Positions 53,571-64,000 of a stretch of DNA of 64,000 nt are shown here, piece after piece. The notes below the pieces were generated by a model, which searched no databases, had not been told where the DNA came from, and saw only the letters and a list, made by a program, of their open reading frames with translations. Both the position numbers and the translations under genes were made by a program. How positions within the stretch are numbered: the first letter of the stretch is position 1; the number at the start of each line of letters is the position of its first letter. Source of the stretch: Macrostomum lignano (Eukaryota); NCBI GenBank assembly GCA_002269645.1, contig NIVC01000431.1:94198-158197 (forward strand), given 5' to 3'.

Positions 53571-55094
53571 CCAACAAGAGTAGCAGTGAATCCTCATGGA
53601 GACTAGCGTGAAATCCCCGGGAAGAATGGCAGGAATTACTCTACAAGAATGGTGTCGGATAGTTAGGAAGAGTTGCCGGAAGAGTATCGAGAAGCGAGAT
53701 AACTATAGATTCCCCAAAAATGGTACTGCATCCCCTAGCAGATAATGAATGACTTTAAAAGCTCCCATGAAATGAAAACGCAGAGTCAACCTACACCCTT
53801 ACATACGCACCGAACTTGCACTCAGTGACCTGCCTACCCTAACAGTGAAAAAATAAAACTCATTACTGAGACATGTCTAGATCGCGAATTTTTAAAAGCC
53901 AAAGCGAACACTGAAAAAAAAACCCCAAACTGATATGAAATGACATTGTACTAAACCCAAAAAAACTAAAAATAGCAACTCCAGCTATTAATTATTAACT
54001 AAATAGAATAGAAAATAAATCCAACAATTAAAAATAAGCTGCAGTGTAACCGTTCTGCATATGTAGATGTATTTATAGCATAAGTAGTCGCATACTTCTC
54101 TCAGATCATGTATTTAATCAACTCAAAAAAACACAAACAGCTATTGAAATGTAAGCAAACAATAGGGAAACACAGATTTCTGAATAAAATTACAAGAACA
54201 GATAGGAATATAAAAGAACGAGACAGTTAGACAGGGATGTGGAAGAGACACGTAGTTAAACTGCTCCACCGTAGTTGCCAACGCTTGTGAAATAGGAACT
54301 GGGTCAATTGCCGATATGTATCGAAAAATTGTTTTCAATAAATATCGAAAATTGAAAATCGATAATCAAGAGTTGAATTGAATTCCTTTTTGAAACTAAA
54401 GGCACTACAGGTTCCAACAAGGGAGGCTAGCCAATGAGGAAGCCATGGATCCTCATCCAACCTGGACTGGAAACCTTAATTTCAGAACTGTGGGATTCTA
54501 GTCCAGAGCATCCTAACAATAAATACACAAAGATAAAAATAGAAATAACCAAGCAAACTTAATTAATGTGCGCCACCAACACAACCCAACCAGTTAACCA
54601 GCATTTCTCTAATTTAGACTCAAATAGTTTAATTTACAGCAGAAGCATTAGGTAAAGGAGGATAATTGGTCGATATTAGTGGGTTATTAAATTAAATACG
54701 CTAGAAAGCTACTAATAAGTAGTTAAGTAGCGCATCCAACATCCAAATTAGTTATTTGTATTCTTTCATATACAAAAGACTCGGTATATTTACAAATTTC
54801 ACTAAACTGTTAGATTAATGATTACATGCACAGAAGAAGAACACCAGAAACCGCGAGCCCCAGAGAAAACAGTGATATTATATTCATGTACCGCAACTAA
54901 ACATTACTAACTTGGTTAAGCTAACAGATACAGAGAAGCGAACAGACACATAAAAATGAAAAAATACGGTAATTAGTGCAAAAGTGTCCCAATCTACTTA
55001 ACAGTGAGTAGAGCAATACGCATACATTGACCGATATTTGAAAAAATTTTATGTTTCATATATATTTTATATGTATCACTTTGCTGCAGGCCGC

Positions 55095-57145
55095 TCAGCG
55101 TATTCTAAACTTGTAGAAGTCGGCCAGAAGCTTGGTGAAATTCCAGCGGAGCAGCACGGACACCAGGAACACGATGCACAGCAGGGTGATGGGGTACAGG
55201 ATGGCGTTCACTCCGCGCAGGAAACTTAGCGCTGTGAGAGAAAATGTATATTTAGTTAATTTTTTGTGAAATTTGAATCGCCCATATGTATCGAAAATCA
55301 ACAGGCTTTACCTCGATATCCTAGAAAAGTGATGTACAGGTAATAGACAATGGCCACCAGCCAGAACAGATTGCCCAATAGTGAAGAGACGAACCAGTCG
55401 TGATAGAGTACGGCTGCAATGGGTTAGCGTTGCATGAGGATCAGCCTTGGGCACCAGTGCACTGTGACGCTACTAACTACTGTTAATAGCCATGTCTGTC
55501 TTCAGTTCTGTTATGAGATTGTCTGCTCAATAGTCCGGCTCTGATCATGTCTGAGAATCAATACATCTGTCTGTGTTACCAGCTTTAGTGTGTCTACTAT
55601 ATGCTTTTCCATTTGCCTCAGCCAGTCTTGGTGTCTTGCTGTACCTGCCCATCTGGCTGGTTGTATCTTTGTCTGCCTGTCTGTCTGTCTGACTGCCTGC
55701 CTGTCTGTCTGTGTCTGTCTGCCAGTCATTCCAATCGCCAGCCAGGGTACTCACGGTAGAGAAAGGGCAGCTGGATGAGGTGCAGAATCACCAGCAGCGG
55801 AAAGAAGGCATTGAGGTGCACGTCAAAGGCGTAGGCCCACTCCACCTGCAGGGCGGGCGCAGAGCCGGGCAGCCGGTATACCCGGTTGGCCAGCAGCCAG
55901 AAAATGGTTGCTATGACAACGCCAACGCCGATACAGTCGATGCAGACAATCCATAGCATCAGTTTGAGAGTCTCAAGGAATGACAGGCGCAATACCAGGC
56001 CGAAGACCAGGGAAGTGCCCAGCAGAACGGTCGACAGCAGCACTAGGAAGGCTGGGTCATCGCGGGCCCACTGGTTTCGGGTTTCTGAGGTGGCAAAGAG
56101 TAGGTTTTAATTGGTATTATAATTTTTTTATTACAAATATTTATATTTATTCGTGCTATAGCCCTCTTCACCTGTCCTATAACCCTGTCCACCTGCCCTA
56201 TAACCATGTCCACCTGTCCTATAACCATGTCCAGTTTTATAACCCTGACAACCTGTCCTATAACCCTGTCCACCTGTCTTATAACCCTGACCACCTGTCC
56301 TATAACCCTGACCATCTGTCCTGTAACCCTGACCACCTGTCCTATAACCCTGACCATCTGTCCTATAACCCTGTTCACCTGTCCTATAACCATGTCCAGT
56401 TTTATAACCCTGACAACCTGTCCTATAACCCTGTCCACCTGTCTTATAACCCTGACCACCTGTCCTATAACCCTGACCATCTGTCCTGTAACCCTGTCCA
56501 CCTGTCCTACAACCCTATCTACCTGTCCTATAACCCTGTTCACCTGTCCTATAACCATGTCCAGTTTTATAACCCTGACAACCTGTCCTATAACCCTGTC
56601 CACCTGTCTTATAACCCTGACCACCTGTCCTATAACCCTGACCATCTGTCCTATAACCATGTTCACCTGTCCTATAACCCTGTCCACCTGTTCTATCAAA
56701 TATAACCCTACCCAACTATTCAATTACCTTCCATACCTGTGATATAGCCCTGTGCTAAATTATCTATCACTTGTCTCAGTATTATTAACTAGCTATCCAG
56801 TGCTATACTAACATACAAAATAGAACCACAATGCTAGGCAAAACTTCACTTACGCTTTCTATACTGAAAGTTCCGATACACTTTCTGAGGCGACACAAAT
56901 AGGTAGAACATCTGCCACAGGGCATACTCAAAGTCCATGTGCCGGAAATGGACAAGTCGATGAAGAAACTTCTGTCGCTTCTCTGAAGCAGACAGCGGAC
57001 AGCAGAGAGCTGCCACCATCCCTGGACTGGTGCCAAGGGACTGCTGCTGAGCGTGGGAAAAGTCCAACTGGGTATGGCTCATGGCTTTTTGTATCTGTGC
57101 AACACTGTGATGAGCATAGCTTTTGGCATGCATTGAATAAAGCAT
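55095..57145 (-). CDS. unc50: UNC-50 family Golgi membrane protein, 286 aa, 4 coding exons
   Basis: Exons (-): 57145-56854, 56084-55755, 55413-55312, 55231-55095; 861 nt, all phase 1. Hallmarks: MDFEYALWQMFYLFVSPQKVYRNFQYRKQTRNQWARDDPAFLVLL, VEWAYAFDVHLNAFFP, YYLYITFLGY. Confidence 0.97.
56165..56705. repeat. 18-19-bp minisatellite (ccacctgtcctataaccctg) with higher-order repeats, unc-50 intron 1
   Basis: Direct inspection. Confidence 0.95.
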
Positions 57146-58749
57146 ACAACTAATAAGCAGAAGTTTCTTTTTTAATTTGCTATAATTGATATCTACAATG
57201 CTTATTGTGTAATATATATCAATTGTATCAGTAACTTATTTTGAATCTGACTATTGCATTTTATTTACTGTTTAAAATATATTACTCTGCATTTATTACA
57301 TTTAAGTAGCTTATATGAATTTATTTGAAGGCAATTTTTAAAAACTTTATAGCACATGAAATTATGAAATTGAAAAATTGTAGATTAAAAAAATTAATAC
57401 TAGTATATGAATATAAGCTAACCTAGCCAATATGGCTAGCTAGTAGGTTAGTTAAAGTAGGTTTAAATAAGTTTTATAAAAAAGCTTGATATTGCTACTA
57501 TTAAGCATGAAAGGAATACAAAAACATATGGATATGGAGGCAAATATAGAAGGTAAGAATATATATAATAGGAAGAGATTAGAGTCTAGCACAGCAAATG
57601 GAAGCATCTATCTAGTAAAGCACACTTTAGACCTTGGCTAAAAAAATTGACCGGATAGAATCAAGGAGATAACATAATATAAATCTACATATAAATTACT
57701 TATTTACAACTTTTATTAGAATTATAATAAACTGTTATCTTTTATTAGAAGACTTCAAAAAGAAACTGTGGTGGGGAGCTACCACTAGTTTATTTTTTGA
57801 ATTTCATTTAATATTTAACTTTTTTGCATATATAACAAGCAAATTTCCACATGGTCCTTTTCTAAGATAGTCTTTTAGACAAATATTGCATGATAAAATG
57901 TCTTGTCATCTTGGGCCCATTGCTTAGGATCTGTCTTTTCCATTGCCAGGACCTTCTATAGCCTACTAACCAGAGTCCTTGCATCCTGAGTAGGGGTCAA
58001 ACATGATCACAAGAGCATTATCATAAAATTGTGGTCTCAAAACACATTTTTACAATCATGACTTATAAAATTTAAATCCAAGATTATGATTTTCATTTTA
58101 GCAACAATTTAACAAAACAATTTAACAAACAATTTAACAAATCTCAAGTGTGGCACTAAATGTAAATTTTCATTAGTAATAATTATCATAATCACAATCA
58201 CAATCATGCCCAACAAAAAATTATAAAGTTTCACATACAATAAAGGCCTTTGTCCAACCTTCTAATCCTAAGCATCTAGATCTTATTAGGCTAGCCCCCC
58301 TCCCTCTTGCTGATTTAATGCTAACCATTTTTTGCTCCTGCTTTCAGTGGGGCATATTTTTTATTGGAAATGCATTTGTTTTATATACTAAGCTTGTATA
58401 TCATTTAAACCTATAATAAATGACCAATTTATTCAACCCTTTCATTCTTTTTTATTCCCTGTTTTACTTTTTAAAACTATTTATTTTCTTATTTGCACTG
58501 CAGATTTGCCAAACTCTTACCTTATCACTGGCTCAAACTGAAACTTCAATATATAATACCATTATAATTAATAAAGTAGGCCTAATGAACATATTTAGAT
58601 CAATAAGCCTTAGTATTATAATGAATAAGGCCAACTCCTCTATTGGAAGAGAAAGGGGATAGAACTATTGCCAGAACTTCACTCCCTGAAATCTATCCTA
58701 TGACCCAAATTCTATCTTTCAAATCGCTGAGGCAGCGCTGGATTCTACC

Positions 58750-58992
58750 GCTGTACTTATGACTAAGTGACTAGCTGATTGACTATTGAAATATTGACTG
58801 TACATCCAGTGTACCCACCACCCCGATTTCGTACCCCGTGCGCCCCGCCACCCCAATGCGTTAATAATTATATATTGAGCTTCGTTTGTGTTAGCATCGT
58901 TTATGATTAATATATCGAGACTGAGACATCGTTTATTTACAATACCAAATCATCGTGTTGCTCTGTTGAACTCTTAATTAAACGACGCGACA
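58750..58992 (+). mobile_element. Probable 5' LTR (or its 3' part) of the Gypsy element, with the PBS overlapping the gag ATG
   Basis: Ends in ...CGCGACA (58992) followed by A-TGGCGTCG, a PBS-like TGGCG. The left boundary is a guess; no matching TGTCGCG terminus or second LTR was seen. Confidence 0.45.
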
Positions 58993-61900
58993 ATGGCGTC
59001 GCAAGCAGAAAGGCAGAGTCATGAACTCAATTTGGACGACGCCGACATGGCCGAAGCATGGATGCAGCGACTCTCAGCCACAGCGCGCATCAAAAAGCTA
59101 ACAGACTCGGATGAGGCTCGGGACAAAACTGACCTATTTTTATCTAAGGCCGGCCTTCAGGCAATTCGCACGCTATCCCTAATGGCAGCACCAAAAAAAC
59201 TGGATGAGATGAAATTCGATGACATCAAAAAGCTAGTTGACGAGACGATCCGGCCGAAAAAGTCACTTGTAATTGCCGAACGCACCAGGTTCCTCAGCTT
59301 GAAGCAGGAATCGGGTGAGACCATCATAGCCTACTACCGGAGGCTGAGGGCTGCTACGTCACACTGCGAGTTTGAAAAGCTGGGCAGCAAGCAAACAAAG
59401 GAGGACGACATGATTACCATGCGATTAATTGACGGCCTCAACTCCTCAGAGCACAAAAAAAGAATCTTGGAGCGCCTACAAAACGAAGATGGAGAAACGC
59501 CACTCGACAGGATTTTGCAGAATTTGCAGCAGCTTGAGCAGATCCGTGACTACAACACGCCGGCTCCTGCTGACATCGCCTTCGCTGGTCAACAAAGGGG
59601 AGTCTCCTCACCTGCCAAGCTGCAGCCGTCAATCAAATGCGGGTTCTGCGGCGCCAATCACCTGAGGGGCAACTGCCCAGCCTACGGCAAAAAATGCTCC
59701 AAGTGCCAAAAAAGAAATCACTTTGCGGCTGTCTGCAGATCACGAGCTGTCCATCAGGAAATCGCAGTCGACGCAGAAGAAGCAGACGTGTATACTCTTA
59801 GCCCCAACAGAGCTAAAGCGGGCCTCTTCAAGACCATCAAAATCAACGGCCAGGGTATCTCAATGCAAGTCGACACCGGAGCTGAGATCAGTCTGATTCC
59901 GCAGAACCTCTGGCGCCAGCTGGGCCGGCCCACCCTGCGCAAGTGCAGGAGAATTCTCCGGCAGTTCGACGGCTCCAGCATCGCCTGCCTCGGGGAATTC
60001 ACTGCGTCACTCGAGACCAACTCGAAATTCGTCACGATTGACCTGGTTGTCACCGCCGCGGAGAAGAAGCACGGTCTGCTTGGCATGGACAACATAAAGC
60101 TCCAAGAAGACGCGGTCACCATCAACGCGGTCCAACAGCTCGGATGCCTCAAAGGGTTCAAAGCTAAGATTAGACTGGTGGAAGGAGCCAAAGCGTTCTA
60201 TTGTGCTGCCTGGTCCGTGCCGCTACACCTCAGAGACTTGGTGGTGCGCGAGCTGCAAAGAATGGAATCCGAGGGTATCATTGAGGCGGTCCCTCCCGGA
60301 GGCAGCCAGTGGGCATCGCCTATTGTCAACGTGCTCAAGCCAAATGGAAAGGTTCGTGTCTGTGCCGATTTTAAAGCTGGTGTCAATCACCAGATATGCA
60401 ATGACACCTACCCGATCCCGGAGATGGAGACGATTTTTTCTGAGATAGCAGGCATGTCGCACTTTGCTAAACTGGATCTCTCTGATGCTTACCTGCAAAT
60501 CGAACTCGATGAAGATAGCCGAGAGGTGACGACAATCGCGACACCTTTGGGTCTCTTCCGCTACAAAAGGCTGGTTCCCGGGCTGAAATCTGCATCGGCC
60601 ATTTTCCAGAAAGCCATGGAAACAATCCTACAGGATGTCAGCAACAAGATTGTCTACCAGGATGACGTCCTTCTGGGAGCGAAGTCCAACGCCGAATTAA
60701 GGAGCAAAGTGCAGCACGTTCTCCAGACGATGCGAACTGCTGGAATGACGATCAACCTAGAAAAGTCCAATCTATGCACAACGGAGGTCAGATTCCTCGG
60801 CTACAGCATCAGCGCGAGCGGGATCACCCCGGACCCCAATCTGGTCGGAAAAATTTGCTCAGTGAACTCGCCGAAGGACAGAAAGCAGCTCGAATTGTTT
60901 CTAGGACTTTCCAACTTCTTCGGGAGGTTTATTAAGAATTACTCTGACGTCATAGAACCGCTCAATCAACTCCGGGGCCGAAACGTTGAGTTCGTCTGGG
61001 GCCCAGCCCAGGAAGCTGCCTTCACGCGAATCAAGGATCTGCTCTGCAGCGAGCCTGTAATCAAACCGTATGACAAGCACAAAGAGACCACGCTCACTAC
61101 CGATGCTAGCGAGAAAGCCATCGGAGCGATCCTCTCGCAGGGCAACCACCCGATCATGTACTTCAGCCGGAAACTGAGCAGTGCAGAAGCAGGGTATTCA
61201 AACATCGAGAGAGAGGCGCTGGCGATCGTTTGGGCTATGGAGCGTGCGAAACAGTTCCTATTAGGGTCGCGCTTCACACTCAGAACGGATCATCGCCCGC
61301 TAGAATTCATCTTCGGGTCGAGGCGCCAGCTGCCGAAGGTTGCCAATGCGAGACTTCTCCGATGGGCAATCAAACTGATGGCCTTTGACTATGACCTCGT
61401 CTACACTAAAGGCGAATCGATTCCGCAAGTAGATGCACTTTCGCGGCTGGATTTTGAAGGTGACAGCGACACCGAGCTGACAGAGCGGCCGGAAAGCATC
61501 ATTCACTGGACTGGCGAGGCTGTGATCCCGTGGCAGGAGCTGAAATCAGAGACCAAAAGGGACCGACTGCTGCTTGATGTCATGAAACGCATTGCTGTCA
61601 ACAGATGGTCAAACTGCTCGCCAGCCGAACGACCTTTCAAGGCCATCCGACACGCCCTCACGACCAACGACGGAGTTCTCTGCTACGGTGATCGCCCAGT
61701 CATCCCGGCTGTCCTCCGACAAGGCGTTCTTGGAATTGTGCACGATACGCATCAGGGATCTGGCTCAACGCGCGCTCGCCTACAGAACTCAGCCTGGTGG
61801 CCCGGCTATTGCAGCGACGTCGAGGCCTACGTTCGAGGTTGCCCGACCTGCTCAAGACTGCGCCCGAGTGGTCTGGAGAGTGTCCACAGGTGGCCCGACG

Positions 61901-62001
61901 AGGAAAAGCCGTGGCACAGGGTCCACATGGATCATGCGTGTGTGCCGAGGGTCGGACTCCTGCTCATTCTAGTTGACGCTATGTCCGGCTGGCCCGAGTA
62001 G
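58993..62001 (+). mobile_element. Ty3/Gypsy LTR retrotransposon gag-pol ORF (1002 aa), truncated within the integrase core
   Basis: Domain order is gag with CCHC knuckles (CGFCGANH...C, CSKCQKRNHFAAVC), protease VDTGA, RT (YQDD), RNase H (TDAS..IGA, EREALA, TDHRPL), integrase zinc finger (H..H..CPTC) and the core start (WHRVHMDH..VDAMSGWPE). TAG follows immediately, so the rest of the DDE core and the 3' LTR are missing. Confidence 0.96.
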
Positions 62002-62040
62002 AAGGCATGAGGGGGCTTCTGGGACAAAATTTTTCACCTC

Positions 62041-62885
62041 CTCCATAATCCCATTAAATCCATCCATATTATCCCTGACAGAATCAGAAAAAAAGGGGGG
62101 TCGCACTCGCTCCGAAAACGTCCTCCATAATCCCATTAAATCCATCCATATTATCCCTGACAGAATCAGAAAAAAAGGGGGGTCGCACTCGCTCCGAAAA
62201 CCTCCTCCATAATCCACCTAAATCCATCCATATTATCCCTGACAGAATCAGAAAAAAAGGGGGGTCGCACTCGCTCCGAAAACGTCCTCCATAATCCACC
62301 TAAATCCATCCATATTATCCCTGACAGAATCAGAAAAAAAGGGGTCGCACTCGCTCCGAAAACGTCCTCCATAATCCACCTAAATCCATCCATATTATCC
62401 CTGACAGAATCAGAAAAAAAGGGGGGTCGCACTCGCTCCGAAAACGTCCTCCATAATCCATTAAATCCATCCATATTATCCCTGACAGAATCAGAAAAAA
62501 AGGGGGTCGCACTCGCTCCGAAAACGTCCTCCATAATCCACCTAAATCCATCCATATTATCCCTGACAGAATCAGAAAAAAGGGGGTCGCACTCGCTCCG
62601 AAAACGTCCTCCATAATCCACCTAAATCCATCCATATTATCCCTGACAGAATCAGAAAAAAAGGGGTCGCACTCGCTCCGAAAACGTCCTCCATAATCCA
62701 CCTAAATCCATCCATATTATCCCTGACAGAATCAGAAAAAAAGGGGGGTCGCACTCGCTCCGAAAACGTCCTCCATAATCCCATTAAATCCATCCATATT
62801 ATCCCTGACAGAATCAGAAAAAAGGGGGGTCGCACTCGCTCACAAAACGTCCTCCATAATTCCATTAAATCCATCCATATTATCC
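62041..62885. repeat. ~82-bp satellite, ~10 copies, with variable A7/G5-6 homopolymer
   Basis: The unit restarts at 62042 and 62124; copies are near-identical apart from homopolymer length. Confidence 0.97.
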
Positions 62886-63123
62886 CTGACAGAATCAGAG
62901 CATTATCCCTGACAGAATCAGAGCATAACAGTAGGACACCTGTTATGCTCACTGACACTGACATAATCCACTGACATCCACCCATAGCATCTTCGAAACA
63001 ATCAGAAAATAATCTGCATTCTTCTCCCCACATTCAATCCGCAACGTGAAACCAGATCCCTAAGACTTTAAATCATCAGCGCAGGGTCCTTACCCTTTGA
63101 AAAAAATTAAATTTTCAATAAAA

Positions 63124-63363
63124 ATGTTTCCAGTTGTCTCTCCAGGTTCTTATTACAAAACGCACGAGCCTAATTACAAGAGTAAGTACCGATGCAAACT
63201 TGAATGCAGCGAATACATGAGAAAATATTGGCCCGACGTTCAAATCAATGTCCCTAATATTAATCAAGCTCTCCAAAGACATTGGTTTCATAAGTATGGA
63301 GTAACCTATGTAAAAGATTATGACAGCTACTATAACTTTGCAGAAATCATTAGGCAATTGTGA
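63124..63363 (+). CDS. Small intronless hypothetical protein (79 aa from ATG 63124), virus/Polinton-like context
   Basis: MFPVVSPGSYYKTHEPNYKSKYRCKLECSEYMRKYWPD...FAEIIRQL*: non-repetitive and Tyr/Lys-rich. Its stop (63361-63363) lies 4 nt from the convergent penton-like stop (63368-63370). Confidence 0.45.
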   Translation: MFPVVSPGSYYKTHEPNYKSKYRCKLECSEYMRKYWPDVQINVPNINQALQRHWFHKYGVTYVKDYDSYYNFAEIIRQL

Positions 63364-63367
63364 TTTC

Positions 63368-64000
63368 TCACATTCTCTCAATGATTAACGTCAATACAAA
63401 CTCTTCCCCATTAAAATCAACACCCACCCCATCTTCAGTCTCAAACTGAAGCACAATCTCGTGAATCTCCTTATTACTCAATACAACTCTTTTCACTGGA
63501 TTTGGTTTCTCTACCACCATCTGTCCTCCAGCTACAGAGTTGGAGATGTTGTATACAAAATATTAGTTCGCTTTCCCTTAAATACCCAATCAAGACTGAG
63601 ATTAGTCTGATTAGAATATTCAAACCCTTTACAATGTCTGCTATATTGGGTAAGAACAAACGCGTACACTTTCCCGGCCATGCTAACGGCCCCGATGCTT
63701 GAGTGAAGTCCGCGCTGTGGATTCTGCCTTATAAACTTTCTTCACGAATCCAATTCCCTATACCAAGTGTCATCTTAACTCAAACCTCCGCATCTTTGTG
63801 AACTTGCATGACCACTCTCATTACAGTGAGATCATAGGTTAGTTTAACAGGGGAACAGTTTCTTCTCTGCTTACTCATATCAGGTGTCTCAAAATGGCCT
63901 GCTTTTAGTAAAGACGTTTTCGTAGAAAGTAATTGTAGGTATCCACACTTTGCGTGCTCACAGGGAATACCACAGGTTCTGCTGCTGCACCTTTCCATTT
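63368..64000 (-). pseudogene. Frameshifted gene resembling a Polinton/Maverick (adintovirus-like) minor capsid protein (penton); runs off the window end
   Basis: Joining frames on the minus strand gives ...STQSVDTYNYFLRKRL / SPVKLTYDLTVMRVVMQV / ELGFVKKVY / PNIADIVKGLNILIR / KRTNILYTTSP / VAGGQMVVEKPNPVKRVVLSNKEIHEIVLQFETEDGVGVDFNGEEFVLTLIIERM*. The ending ILY..SP..G..VE.P....I..I.L.....G..DFNGE...L.I matches my recollection of Polinton penton C-termini. Several indels are needed. Confidence 0.55.

Overview
Animal genomic DNA, not prokaryotic: GT-AG introns, GC-rich exons with poly-Ala tracts, and about 20 kb (roughly one third) of tandem repeat. The style is compatible with a flatworm such as Macrostomum, but that is inference only. 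Four spliced genes can be built by hand with phase-consistent junctions. (1) + strand: a 12-exon DEG/ENaC (ASIC-like) gene, 667-26251, ~747 aa, highly atypical, with a ~250-aa post-thumb insertion and no HG or GxS pore motif. (2) - strand: a LIV-1-type ZIP (SLC39) zinc transporter, 47786-32154. (3) - strand: a divergent delta/zeta-class tubulin that looks most like zeta-tubulin, 52806-49658. (4) - strand: unc-50, 57145-55095. The right end holds a Ty3/Gypsy gag-pol ORF cut inside the integrase, an 82-bp satellite, and a compact virus-like segment with a frameshifted gene resembling a Polinton/Maverick minor capsid (penton) protein. tRNA-derived SINEs and about 30 micro/minisatellites, almost all with different units, fill the introns. 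Some arrays have duplicated real splice sites. Most long ORFs in the supplied track are repeat artefacts. All family calls come from remembered motifs; no database search was run.
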